Source: Nemertoderma westbladi | Taxonomy: Eukaryota > Animalia > Xenacoelomorpha | Reading direction: 5' to 3' | NCBI GenBank assembly: GCA_032718475.1 | Contig: JAUCBJ010000548.1 | Coordinates: 75,994-139,993 of the forward strand | Length of the DNA: 64,000 nucleotides | Shown: positions 49,109 to 61,741 of the stretch, in pieces | Numbering within the stretch: position 1 is the first letter of the stretch | How the letters are laid out: every line of letters begins with the position of its first letter | Translations under genes and position numbers: made by a program | Notes under the pieces: model-generated | The model's input: only the letters and a program-made list of their open reading frames with translations | Database searches by the model: none | Told to the model about the DNA's origin: nothing

Positions 49109-50611
49109 ATGAAGAAGTATTTCTACTGCTCTTTCGGGTTTGTCTTCATATGTTCCATTATTATATACGTTTATTTGTATTTCTTTGAAACAGACTTCCC
49201 AAAGTTACCCAGTCAGCTGATAGAAAACTACCATAAGCTGTTACCCCACGGCTATGTAGCAGTCCACTCTGGTGATGATAAGGGTGTGGATAATACATTC
49301 AATGTGCCTTTAGAACAACTCACTCACTTATCAAAAAATTCAACAAGATCTTCCAAACAATTACAACAATTTAGGAAGAAAACTGAATTATCAAATGAAA
49401 CAGGTATTGCTAACAGGGGAACTTCAGATGATATTAATCGACAAGTTTCCGTTGATGAAAAAAACCACTGCCCAAATAATGTCGAGGTTTTCCAACTATT
49501 GGATTCTGAAGAATCTCTTGTAAAACAAATCGATAATCACAGTTGTCTGACCGAAGGTACGAACTTCCAGATCAGTATTTCTATACGAAAATGCGTGTGT
49601 CTGTCTGGTTGGAAAGGACCCCAGTGCAACATACCGAACATTATACTCAGCTCTACACTGCCAACCACAATCACTCCTATTTTACGCCAAGCTCCCCGTC
49701 GTCTTATCAATGCATTCCCTATAAACATTGAATTCGAATTATTACAAGCGCGATTTCACGAACTTTCAGGATTAGTTGACGTCTACGTTATTCTAGAATC
49801 GAATTATACGATGAATGGATCAGCGAGGCCGTTGTTTCTCCAAGACAAACTCAGGGAAGGAGTTTTCGGAATAGAAGCCAAGAAGATATTATACGTCTGT
49901 TTGGGTTATTTTCCTAAAGGTGCGGATAAAGATGGTTGGATTTCGGTTAATTTGCATCGAGATTACATCGGGGAGGCAGGGTTGGCCGAGCGATTACGCG
50001 GATGGCGTCACGACGACTGGTTTATTCTAAACGACGCGGACGAGATTCCGCGTCGCGAATTAGTCGTGTTTCTTCGGAGTCACGACAACATTCCTTTCCC
50101 CGTAAGCGTCCGCTACAAGACGACTACCTTCGGGTTCTTCTGGGGTAACAAACAGGCTTCCCAACTGCCAACTGCCGCCCCTATGGCCTATATGCGCGAC
50201 GTTATAAACTATAAATGTAACGGATTGAGGGGATTGAACCGACAAGGTTTACAAACTGCCGCTTTTGCGGCCTTCAAACAGTCTTTCCCTGAGCTTCCTG
50301 TCTCGGCGTGGGTCGCAGGCATTGGTCTTAGCTACGGTGGGTGGCATTGCTCCTGGTGTTCTAGAATAGAGGGAATTCTAAGTAAACTCGTGTCTGCACC
50401 TAACTGCGACTTCCCTAGATGGGGAGATTACCCAGGGAAGCGGGACTTGGGATATATTCGCAATTTGGTCGCTAAGGGCGTGTGGTTTGCCGGTGAGCAG
50501 CAGGTCTATGTGGCTGCGAACCCTGCGTCTATTGATTACGCCCCCGGATACTTTATGCAGCACAAAAAAGAGTTTTCCTACATACTTTACAACCCATATA
50601 ACAGCACATAA
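49109..50611 (+). CDS. MGAT3: Beta-1,4-mannosyl-glycoprotein 4-beta-N-acetylglucosaminyltransferase-like (GnT-III, GT17), 500 aa
   Basis: Type II membrane anchor at the N-terminus; PRRLINA...E..LL..RF.EL...VD..VILESNYT, DxD motif (NDADEIP), GWHCSWC, KLVSA.N.DFPRWGDYP.KRDL.YI..L...G.WF, YAP.Y are all GT17 hallmarks. Confidence 0.92.
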   Translation: MKKYFYCSFGFVFICSIIIYVYLYFFETDFPKLPSQLIENYHKLLPHGYVAVHSGDDKGVDNTFNVPLEQLTHLSKNSTRSSKQLQQFRKKTELSNETGIANRGTSDDINRQVSVDEKNHCPNNVEVFQLLDSEESLVKQIDNHSCLTEGTNFQISISIRKCVCLSGWKGPQCNIPNIILSSTLPTTITPILRQAPRRLINAFPINIEFELLQARFHELSGLVDVYVILESNYTMNGSARPLFLQDKLREGVFGIEAKKILYVCLGYFPKGADKDGWISVNLHRDYIGEAGLAERLRGWRHDDWFILNDADEIPRRELVVFLRSHDNIPFPVSVRYKTTTFGFFWGNKQASQLPTAAPMAYMRDVINYKCNGLRGLNRQGLQTAAFAAFKQSFPELPVSAWVAGIGLSYGGWHCSWCSRIEGILSKLVSAPNCDFPRWGDYPGKRDLGYIRNLVAKGVWFAGEQQVYVAANPASIDYAPGYFMQHKKEFSYILYNPYNST

Positions 50612-51010
50612 ACATCATATTTTTTAATTGAATTTGTTGTTTTTATTAATTTGATAGCTTTCGCCCCACTTTTCAATTTCCAATAACTTTCGGCAGGTTC
50701 CGTTAATTGTCCTCTCAGAACTATCCTAAAACCGTTTATGGGAGGTAGACCCCAGGACCCATCATTATAATCCTAAAAAACAGTTTCACAGGGTTTATAT
50801 AGGCCAATAATATTTGAAAATTACTGTATCATCAATCAATAGTAATAACATATGGTTTTAATGTATAAGAAAAAGCGCAGTTGTTGCAATAGTTTTTAAT
50901 AACTAACATATTTTTAATTTAAGATTTAAATTACATTAGTTTAGTTTTAATTCATTAGTTAGTTTGTATTTACGATTGTTTAGACCCGAGATTAAAATTT
51001 ATAGGTAATA

Positions 51011-51155
51011 GAGGTAAATAACGTTAGCCTAATTAAATGGAGGTAAATAACGTTAGCCTAATTAAATGGAGGTAAATAACGTGAGCCTAATTAAATGGAG
51101 GTAAATAACGTTAGCCTAATTAAATGGAGGTAAATAACGTTAGCTTAATTAAATG
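51011..51155. repeat. 29-bp tandem repeat x5
   Basis: Unit gaggtaaataacgttagcctaattaaatg. Confidence 0.95.
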
Positions 51156-51578
51156 TTATTAAAATAATATTGAAACTGATAGATTATTAACTGAATAATA
51201 GGTTTTATTGGTTTAAATTATAAATTTATCATTTTTTCAATAGTATTTATTTCGCTCTAGATGCTATAAAGTTGATCATTGAAAATCCTGTACATAAATA
51301 AATTCAAAAATTCATTTTTTTTAATTCATTTTTTTTCGCTCCATTTGCTATAGAGTTGGATCATCCTAAGTCCTGTTTAAATTACTTAATAATAATAATT
51401 AATTTTATAAATAATATTATTCATGAATTTAATAATTAATATATTTATTAACTAATAAATTAATAAAAAATTATTAATGATTTTATTAAATAATAGATTC
51501 ATGAATAAATAATAATTGTATATAAATTATTATTGAGAGTTTACAGTATGATAAACCAGCGACAATTTAAATCATATA

Positions 51579-52391
51579 CACCGTGACCCGTAATATAGTG
51601 TCATTTTCTGATGACACGGATCCCCCCCCCCCCCCCCCCCCAGATTTTTCTACAAATCTTTATCATATTGCTTGAAATTTGAAACACCAGTAGTTCCACT
51701 CACCGTCGATGACCACATGAAGCCGGAATTTTTGATTTTGCCTTTAAATTTTTTTATAAGCGTTTCAAAAAACTGTCTTTTGCGAAATCGAACCCTCCGT
51801 ATCGCGGCCATTCTTCACATTAGACGTAACAAAATTCTAGAATGTGTTATTTATTTTATAAGTTGGTTGGCAACAGCGGGCGGTATTCCTATCCAATATA
51901 TCTATAGCGTAGCTATTCATACTTGAACAAAATGTTCCAGAACATTGTGTATTTATTAAATAGAATAAATGGCCTTCAGTGAACGTTAATTATTGTGTAG
52001 AATTTTGTGTATTTATTAAATAGAATAAATGGCCTTCTTGCACTTCTTGCAATCTTTGAACACCTATATCTCAGCTGTTTCTCAACGAAATTCAGATATT
52101 GTTACATATTTCATTTCGAATCCTTGCAAAGCAAGCTTTCTAATAATGATATACTTGCTAATGTGAAGAATGGCCGCGATACGGAGGGTGCGATTTCGCA
52201 AAAGACACTTTTTAAAACGCTTATAAAAAAATTTAAAGGCAAAATCGAAAATTCCGGCTTCATGGGGTCATCGATGGTGAGTGGAACTAGTTGTGTTCCA
52301 AATTTCAAGCAATATGATAAAGATTTGTAGAAAAATCTGGGGGGGGGGGTCCGTGCCATCAGAAAATGACACTATATTACGGGTCATGCTG
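51579..52391. mobile_element. Tc1/mariner-type non-autonomous element with ~240-bp TIRs
   Basis: TA|caccgtgacccgtaatatagtgtcattttctgatg ... catcagaaaatgacactatattacgggtcatgctg|TA; long inverted arms 51579-51823 and 52158-52391. Confidence 0.85.
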
Positions 52392-52722
52392 TATAATGTT
52401 GCAGTCCTCAGTAAAAGCTACATGAAGCTTAAATTTTCAATAACTGTTTACATCATTGCGTGCAAAGTAGCACTTTGTAGCGTTATGACCCGAGTTTATT
52501 TATGTACCGAGCGAGCGCAGCGAGGGAGGTTTACATAATAAACAAGGGTCTTTAACGCTGAAAAGTGACCTTTGCAAGCAATCATGTATGTAATTTTGTT
52601 ACATTATGTCAACTTATCAGTTCGGTATGTGAAAAAAGGATTTTATGGATGCTCATTTATACATTTTTTTAATGTACTATTTCAAATATAAGTGAAATTG
52701 ATTAACAGGTACACAGTATTAA

Positions 52723-53977
52723 CCCTTTCCAGCCCATGGCATATATCTATGCCACCACTAAATGCTCCATGGCATATATTTATGCCATGGTTATCCTTTG
52801 AGATGTACGGCTTGTTTGTTTTGTAGAGCAGTACTAGGGATGTTCTGTGAGCTGTTGGAGCATTTCTAGGCAACATAATATGCTGCACACCAACTTTTGG
52901 CGGTAAATTCAAACCTATTTAGGCCTTATTAGAGTGTTGTATTGATACTGCAGTTCAGTACACAATTGTACATTCAAGGCTTTATACGACTTGTTATGCA
53001 TCAGTATTCCCCTTAGCCCCCCCCCCCCCCCCCCCCCCATACGTTTAGACAGTATCTAAGGTACCGAAGTCTGGATTATGTTACTGGTAGGCTGTCTTAT
53101 TGCACCAATAGATGTTTGTTTATTGTTTTGGTTACTGCCTACCGGTAAGTAACCTAGGTACTAACCCTAAATAGTCCATCCCTAAGTAGTAATATTTCCA
53201 TTCAGCCATTATAATTTCGCTATAATTTCGGACTGTCGGACACTATTGTCACGCGAATGTAACAATCCGGATATAGTCATGTAGGATATACCGGTAGCCG
53301 ACTACTGGCAGACTGGACTAGACCTAACGCCCTAGTCAGCTAGTGTTGGAAATTGGCTGAGAATGCCATACCCAGTACGGCAACGAAAACCACCCCATTC
53401 TTATGGTTTTTCGGGAGTGGATTCAGATGAAGACATAGACGAAGATGGTAGTGAGGCTGACACAGCTGGAAGTGACGACGACAGTGTTAGTGGTACCAGT
53501 AGTAGCGATGATGACGATAATTGGTAATAATTATTTTGTTTTTATTAGCGTGTTGCTGTTATTATTTTGTTGAATCATTATAATTGGCCTGTTGCTGTTA
53601 CCTATTATTTTGTTGAATCAAAGAATCGATCAATCAAAATCAATAACCGATCAATCAATCAATAACTTGTGCTCAAAAATGTTTTTTTACTTGAAATTCA
53701 AATTCTACATAAAAATTTAAGTCAGAATATGTAAAAATTATTTTTAATTATGAACTATTGTACAAATCAATTAATTGATAAATAAATTGATCAAAATCAA
53801 TAACTAATCAATAAATCGATAAATTTGAAAAAAATTAAAAATCATCCAGAAATTCGGAATCTACAGATCATTTTGTGTAAGAAAAGTAAAATGGACATTT
53901 CTGAATAAAACTTTCAATTTTTCCAATTTTACGGAGCATTGGCCCACACTTATTTTAAAGCACTGGGCTGGAAAGGG
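52723..53977. mobile_element. piggyBac-type non-autonomous element
   Basis: TTAA|ccctttccagccca ... tgggctggaaaggg|TTAA: 14-bp TIR and TTAA target duplication. Confidence 0.85.
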
Positions 53978-56141
53978 TTAATTATACAATTAAATCTAAT
54001 TCAAGTTTATTTGAAGTTATCTCCTGCATGGATGTGATAAATCATTAATCCATCTTGACTATAGTCGACTGAAGCAAACTTAGTCACCGTCTGTGTCCGT
54101 TCAGTTTTACTGAACTCTGTCGCCATTTTCTTTGGTCATTTTAGTGACTTCTATTGGACGTTTCGCCATAATGGATTACAGTACACGTTAAACATTATTT
54201 ACATACAGTACATATTATTAACGGATACTATTTACATAGTGTCCGTCTGTCGCGAGGCCTGCTTGCTGTGGTTGCAACCTTAGATCAGGTCGCTGCGTTC
54301 GTTGTTCGTGTGCGAGGTCGGGATTGCCATGCGCCTCCTGTGCTCCGATGGCGAGTCGGCGTTGTTGTAACGCACTGGGAGCTGTCAGTTCGCAGCCAGT
54401 CTTCTCCGGCACTTTGCGCTACATATCGCCTTCCAAAAACAGCAGTGCATCCCAACCGACTGCCAAATCATCAACAGGAGAAGATGGCGACGAGACCCTG
54501 GTAGACCATGATATAACCCTGGCTTCATCTCCCAGCTCGTCGTTTCAGCTACCCAATAGGACAGCGACCCAGTTTCACACAGCCTCAGAATCCGTTCCCA
54601 TAATGATGCCTCCCGGTTACAGCGGGTCTGTGGGCCACTGCGTACTTGACTACATGTTAACCAACTCGCCGCGGACGAGTCAGTCTACAATAACGAAAAA
54701 GGGCAGGGTCCAGGCACCAAGTGAGACACCACAAATAAACTCAACTCTGGATGAACTCGACTACCTCATGGAATCCGCGTCGGGCTCTCCCCAGTCTGTG
54801 ATGGGTGTCCCCATATCTGAACCGGGTGTCTCCCAGTCTGTGCCAGGCTCCCCCCTATCTGAGTCAGGTGCTCCCCAGCCCGTATTGGTTGCCTCCCAAT
54901 CCATGTCGTTTCCCCCTACCCGTGTCGGGTGCTCCCCTATATATCGGGTTCCCGCCAGCTGGGTGCCCCCCAGAATGTGTCGGGTGCCCCCCAATCCACG
55001 TTGTGTGTCCCTCTGTCTATGCCTGATGTCCATTTGTCCATGTCGAGTGCCACCCAGTCTGAGTCGGATGAACCCTTTGTTTGTGTCAGGTGTCCCCCTG
55101 TCTATGTCGGGTTCCTCCCAGTTGGGTGCCCCCCAGTCTGTGTCGGATGCCCACCAGTCTGTGTTGTGTGTCCCGCAATCTGGAGTGGGTGCCCCCCAGT
55201 CCATGTCGTGTTTCCCCCAGTCTGTATCGGGTGTGGGGCCTACAGCAGCGTCGGGTTTCGCTCAGACAGCGTCGGGTATCGGTGTCCCTCATACAGCGTT
55301 GGGTATTCCCCAGACAGCGCCGGGTGTCTCCCTGCCAGTGTTGGGTGTCCCCCAGACAACGTTGGGTGTTTCCCGGACGGATTCGGGTGTCCCCCAGACA
55401 ACGTTGGGTGTTCCCCAGACAGCGCCGGGTGTCTCCCAGCCAGTGTTGGGTGTCCCCCAGACAACTTTGGGTGTTCCCCGGACGGATTCGGGTGTTCCCC
55501 AGACAGCGTCGGGTATCCCCCAGACAACGTTGGGTGTTCCCCAGATAGCGCCGAGTGTCTCCCAGCCAGTGTTGGGTGTTCCCCAGACAGTGTCGGGTGT
55601 CCCCCCAGATGGATTCGGATGTCCCCCAGCCAGCGTCGGGTGTTCCCCAGACAGCGTTGGGTGTCCCGCAGACAGCGTCAGGTGTCAACCAGACTGCGTC
55701 AGGTGTCAACAAGACAGCATCGGGTGTCCCCCAGAGAGTGTTGGGTATTCCACGACCAGATTCGGGTATCCAACATCTGGTGTCGGGTGTCCCCCATTTG
55801 ATGAGCCAGCCAGCCAGCCAGGCCGTGTCGGATCCTCTCCTTCCCCAAGGATTGCCACATTGTTGCCAGTGTGTCATTACAAGTCGTGGGTGCTGCATTA
55901 CAGGTAAGTGTGGGTGCATGAGAGGAAATCGCCCATGCACTTCATGCTCACTCATAACGGCGGGTCATTGCAAAAACCCATTCACTTCCTTGTGGAAACC
56001 CACACACCCACTATCTGCCACAGCACAGCTCAGCCACAGCCCAACATCGTGTGGGAGGCGCTCCATTCCCGACTCACTCGTCTGCCCATTCGCCGTTATA
56101 TCGTACCGGGTGGTAATGCAGGACGTAAATTAGTTGATGTA

Positions 56142-56970
56142 CCGGGTGTTCCATAATGATTGCATTGACACCCCCACCTCCCTGGCCAGCCAGAACTTGT
56201 CAGACATGCACCTTAGTGTAATATACCATTCGAAAGAGAATTTAATTCTGAGCTGGCATGCAAAAACTTAGGGTCCAATACAAAAGTATAACAATTTTAT
56301 AGGCAATTCTTTAAACCTATCTTACTTCTCAATATTTGTGATTTAATCACAATTAAAAAAAATATAATTTATCCAGCGTTAGTCATCAGCTTTACAGCCA
56401 TGTTTCCCCTTTGCAGCACGGGGAGCTCCTCGATAGTGGCAAAGGATGTTTGCCCTTAAAAGGGCCGTTTTGGTTTGCGTTCAGGTTGATTATGTCACAG
56501 AATCACGACCCTATCGAAAAGTAACATCTCTGATCCTGTCAACCTTACGTTTTTCTTCAGAGTCATCGAAGATTGCACTGGAACTTGTCATTTTAATTAC
56601 TTCTGTTAGGCCTAATTCAGTAAAATTACCAAAGAAACACTAATACCGGTAACTGAGTACTGTAATATATTGCAATACAGCAAAAGTCACGCAGTAATAA
56701 CTGTTTAAACAGGGCTGCAACCTGCAAAGCTGATGCCTGACGCTGGACAAATTATATTTTTTTAAAGTTGTGATTCAATCACAAATATTGAAATGTAAGA
56801 TAGGTTTAAAGAATTGCCTATAAAATTTTTATACTTTTGTATTGGACCCTAAATTTTTGCATGCAAGCTCAGAATTAAATCCTCTTTCCAATGGTATATT
56901 ACACTAAGGTGCATGTCTGACAGTTTTTGCTGGCCAGGGGGGGGGGGGGCAATCATTATGGAACACCCGG
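56142..56970. mobile_element. Tc1/mariner-type MITE inserted in the CRE element
   Basis: TA|ccgggtgttccataatgattgc ... gcaatcattatggaacacccgg|TA with ~260-bp inverted arms. Removing it restores YIVPGGNAGRKLVDV|LTREIENL. Confidence 0.9.
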
Positions 56971-57479
56971 TACTCACACGTGAGATTGAGAACCTGACAG
57001 GTGGTAACTTCCCTTCTGAGAGGCCCCTCTGTTTTTTAGCAACGGTCTTTCAAAGAGACCAAGATACAACAAAGACACCCGACATCCGTAGAACCATACA
57101 TACTCCTAGCCGAGGCTGAAAGATGCAGCACTCGGTTTCCATCATGGTCTGCCACTGCTTCAAAGGAAACAGCTAAACTGTACAATCATAAAGTTCTAGC
57201 TGGGATGAATCGTTCAGCAGTTCGCATGGCCACTGACCGTGATAGGGGGGTGTTCTCCATCCTGAGTCTCAGGCTGAGGGACGGCCTCCATCCGTTAGGG
57301 ATGTCCTCTCCAGCAAACACCCCCCTCAGATGCCAGTATCCATGGCCGCGTTTGAACCCTTTGTGATGCCAACCCAGTCCGAGGGGGTTGACATTACGGG
57401 TACCACCGTACTTAACGTCGCATGATCCCTCTTGGGGAGTTCTGGTCCAGTAGGAGGAGATGCTGAGTCTTGAGGCGCG

Positions 57480-59853
57480 TTGCTCATACGGTATGATGCC
57501 CACAGTTCCCGTCTTCGTGAAGCAATTGCTGGACTAGCCCGCCGCCTTGCCAACACCATTGTGTCATGGGGAGAAATCCGGGCTCTGCGTGCTTGTCGAC
57601 TAATTGCTCTGGACAAGCAGCCGGGAGTTCGCCCAATCGGTGTAGGGGAGGTACTCTATCGTTTACTAGCCAACTGCATTGCATCAACCACAAAGTCAGA
57701 CAACATCCAGGAAAGCAGGGCCAACCAACTCTGTGCTGGGATGAAGGCCGGGGTAGAGGCCGCAGTACACGCCATGACCTCCCTCTTCGACGAAGACTCA
57801 ACACAGGGGATGTTGCTGGTAGATGCCAGCAATGCATTCAACAATATCAGCCGTCCCGTCGCACTGAGGAACTGCCATCTACATTGCATCGTGTGTCTCG
57901 TTTCATATACAATGCATACAATGGCAATGCAGCTCTTTATATGCACGGAAGCGAGAATCCCCTTTGGAGTCGAGAAGGGTTTACACAAGGTGACCCACTC
58001 GTGATGTTTGGTTACGGCTGCACCACGCTTCCTCTAATTCGGCTCCTGCGCAAAACTCAACCTCGGAAGCTGAACCATTCACCCCCCACAACACCCAACC
58101 ACAGCTCCAGCCAACCACCAGAACAGTGCCCACTTCAGTCTCTCCACAATCAGTCCACTGCCCACCACCCACGGGTCAACTGTACCGAACCCACAGAGCC
58201 CAGCCTGCCTCCTGGACATCCCGCTTACTGACATGCAACCTAAACCCAGGTACCAGCAAGCTAAACCTCCACCAGAACCAACCCTAAATCCGCCACAGCA
58301 ACAGCAACATACCCAAGTTTGGTTTGCCGATGACTCCTCTGATGCTGGAACCATTGAAGACATCTGGGTATGGTGGGAAGCGCTGCTAACTCATGGGCCC
58401 TCCATCGGCTATATCCCTACACCAACCAAGTCTTACTTGGTTGTGAAGCCAGAATTTGAGGTGAAGGCACGCGAGTTGTTTGGATCAACCGGGGTACAGG
58501 TTGTCACTGGCCATCGGTTCCTTTGTGGATTTATAGGAGCGAAGTCCAGCCGCAAGGAATACATCGAAACCAAGGTCGAGGGGTGGGTTGATACCATCAA
58601 AAAGATATCCGAGATCGCCAGGGAGTATCCTCAAACTGCACACACAGGAATGACCCGTTGTGTGCACGCTGAGTGGGACTATCTCCTCCGTGTAGTCGCA
58701 ACCAGTGAGGATGATTTCATTCCCATTCGATCGATGCTGATGAACAACTACATTCCTTCCCTCTTCGGCGCCGCTCCTGGCTCAGTGGAGGATAATCTCG
58801 TGCTCCTCCCAGTTCGACATGGAGGCATCGGGTTGCGAGACCCAACAACATGGAGGGAAACTGCCAGGGAAGCATCTGTGGATGGAACCTCCCTCCTCAG
58901 CTGTGCAATACGCTCTGGACAACCCCTTCAAGTGACCGACCATGAACAGCATCTACGGGAGGCAATCAAGGAGCAATCCACGGTGCAGGCTGCCAAATAC
59001 ACTCTACAACAGGAGGCAGCAGTCTCAGCGCTCTCACCAGCCCGCAAACGAACTGCCCAGCGTGCTATATCCCACAAGATCGGAGGATGGCTTACGGCAC
59101 AGCCATCCACCCTAGGTCACACAGATCTGAGTCCTGATGAATTTCGGGACAGGCTGGCCCTGAGGTATGGTCTCACCCCACCGGGTCTTCCAGCGAAGTG
59201 CGAAGGTTGTGGAGATGCATTTTCCACCTCACATGCTCTAAGCTGCAAGTCTGGCGGGTTGAATATTGCGCGCCATGATGAGGTGGGGAGGTCTTTGTGG
59301 ACCTCATCGCCAAGGTGGTCGGCAGCTCCAGCGTGGAGCGCGAGGTGACCTCTCCCAGGGGCACCTGGACAGAGAGGGCCATGAGGTGGGGGGAGTATGG
59401 GCAGACCTGGTTGCACGGGGGGTCTGGGTGAACCAACGAGTCGCGTTGTTTGACATAGTGTTTATTAACGCGGACGCGAGTTTGTACACTCAAACCAACC
59501 GTTCGATGGAGTCCCTTATTGATGCGCGCTGTCGCCTCAAGAAGATCCACTACAGGTCTGTCTGTGAGGAGCGGAGGATCGAATTTACACCATTAGTGGG
59601 CACCACCGATGGCATCTGGTGCACCGAGACCCAGATTCTAATCTGCCATCTCACAGAAATACTTGTCGCTAAGCGGGATGGCATGCGTGACAGGGGTCTA
59701 GCGTGTCTATTGGGGGGCATTCGGCGTCGATTGCTCTTCACACTCCTTCGCTCCAGCTCCCTCTGCCTGCGAGGGGGTCGCCGACCTTGGCGTGGCCTAG
59801 GGTTTGGTGATGGTGCGAGGTTACGGGGCTACAATCTGGCCGGGCAGTTCTAA
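57480..59853 (+). pseudogene. CRE-type RT + zinc knuckle + RLE coding region (split over four frames)
   Basis: ORFs 57480-58004, 57566-58231, 58233-59348 and 59266-59853 carry consecutive RT and RLE motifs. Confidence 0.85.
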
Positions 59854-60734
59854 TGACGTATTGGATTGCGCCATAACCATGGACGACGAACTCAAATGTA
59901 GGGATGAGTGACTTCAGATTACAGATGATACTTCCGGCTGAACTCGTACACTAACTATAAATTTAACTGGTTGAATTATTAATGTGCTATATAAAATAGG
60001 ATTGTACCGGCACTGCAAAAAAAATTATTTACATACAGTAGCTAGTCCCGTCACTACAAACTGGATAATAAAGCAGCACTCATTAACATAAATGGAAATA
60101 ATACATTCTGGAATACGGTAATTGAAGTTGTTTCCCTGTCATTGGTTACTTTGCAGCGTTCCGTCCTATAGGCCGCAACGCTGCAAAGTAGTACTTTGCA
60201 GCGTTATGAGTAATTCAACAGAACGCTGTTAAGTTGACATAATGTAACAAAAATATATGACTCACTTCCAATTCTGTATTGGTACTACTTCGCATTGACG
60301 ACATCCCGGACAATTTTTTAACCGGTCATTCTTTCGTGTTTTTTAGTGCTTTTATGATGGTGAATGTTCTCGAATATTACTAGATATTTTTTTATGGCAG
60401 CTTGTGCTTTTCAATAGCTTGTATTTTTGAAATTTTAAAAATATTTTTTGGATTTTTGTTACTGGTAAGTGTTCTAGAACATTTGACGACATTATTTATT
60501 AAGGTATGCAGTTATTTTTCTTTTTTTACTAGCTAGTATATTTTGAAATTATAAAAAATTTGTGAAAATATTGATACCGTATATTATAATTAAACTGTTG
60601 CAGAATTATTGCGGAATGCAGCATATTAATGACCAAAAATATTTATGATAGATATTATACAGTAGCATTTAACAATTTATATTTAAAGCAATATAATATA
60701 TTATTGTATTCCTTGCACACTTTGTATTACCTAA

Positions 60735-61119
60735 AGGCCTGTTTACACGTGGCAACTTTTAGAGCAACTTTCTCGGCAACTTGTAGAGCAACCCAGGTTG
60801 CCGATCAAGTTGCTCCGTGTAAACACGTAAAAAAGTTGCCGTAAAAGTTGCTCAACTTTTACGGCAACTTGAAGGAATTTGCGTTGGCGAATTAAAGCGG
60901 GATAATCAAATTAAATTATCAAAAACTAGCTAGTAGATAAAATGACCCACTATTTTACAGTCAAACTAGCCAAGTTGCTCTAAAAGTTGCCGGCCAAGTT
61001 GCTGGTAAAGTTGCTGGTAAAGTTGCCACGTGTAAACAGCGATTAAATTAAGTTGCTCCAAAAAAAGTTGCTAGTTGCCGAGAAAGTTGCTCTAAAAGTT
61101 GCCACGTGTAAACAGGCCT
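60735..61119. mobile_element. PIF/Harbinger-like MITE
   Basis: TIR aggcctgtttacacgtggcaacttttagagcaactttctcggcaact and its exact complement; TAA/TTA flanks. Confidence 0.8.
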
Positions 61120-61192
61120 TTATACTCTAGGATAATAATTTAGATTAGATATAACCCAGCAACTATAGAGGGTTTCAACATTAGAATAATGC

Positions 61193-61741
61193 GGTACTAC
61201 TGTGTTTGGACACACCCCTCACCAAATTTTTTATATTAGCTAGTTTTTGTTACTTTTTTTTTTTAATGTTCTAGAGAATATTATCTATTCATTTAATATA
61301 AAAATTTTGTTCTAGAACACAGAAAAACTAGCTAATTTGGTATTTTTGTTAATTTTTTGTTGTATGTTATCTTGGTATCACATATTTAATAAAAATCACT
61401 AGCTACAATGGAAATTGTTGGAAATTGTGAAATTGAAATTGTTTTTAACACATAAAAAACACCGCAAAAAATCTTTTTTTTTAAATGTTCTAGAACAAAA
61501 AACATTTGTTCTAGAAATGAATAGACGATATGTTCTAGAACATTTTTAAGAAAAAAACGAGCTTTGATAACAACAAAAAAACTAATTAATTAATTTCGTT
61601 CTAGAACATCAATTATTTTTCTAGAACAAAATTAATTAAAAAATGAATAGATTTTATGTTCTAGAGCATTTTTTTTAAAAAGTAACAAAACTATCTATTT
61701 TAAACATTTGTGGGGGGGTATGCCCAAAACACAGTAGTACC
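61193..61741. mobile_element. MITE-like element with ggtactactgtgttt...aaacacagtagtacc ends
   Basis: Imperfect inverted arms over 100 bp, with repeated gttctagaac palindromes inside. Confidence 0.65.

Larger units (their letters stand above)
54211..60023 (+). mobile_element. Near full-length, decayed CRE-clade (RLE-type) non-LTR retrotransposon
   Basis: 17-bp TSD attatttacatacagta (54194-54210 and 60024-60040), 3' oligo-A; RT motifs RPIGVGE, QLCAG..AGVEAAVH, DASNAFN, QGDPL, WFADD; C-terminal CxxC..H...C..GG...RHDEV and ADL..RG.W...FD (restriction-like endonuclease). Multiple frameshifts. Confidence 0.88.

Noticed and set aside
54761-55955. Overlapping antisense and alternative-frame ORFs in the GVPQ region
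   Set aside because: By-products of the GC-rich 21-bp repeat inside the CRE element.
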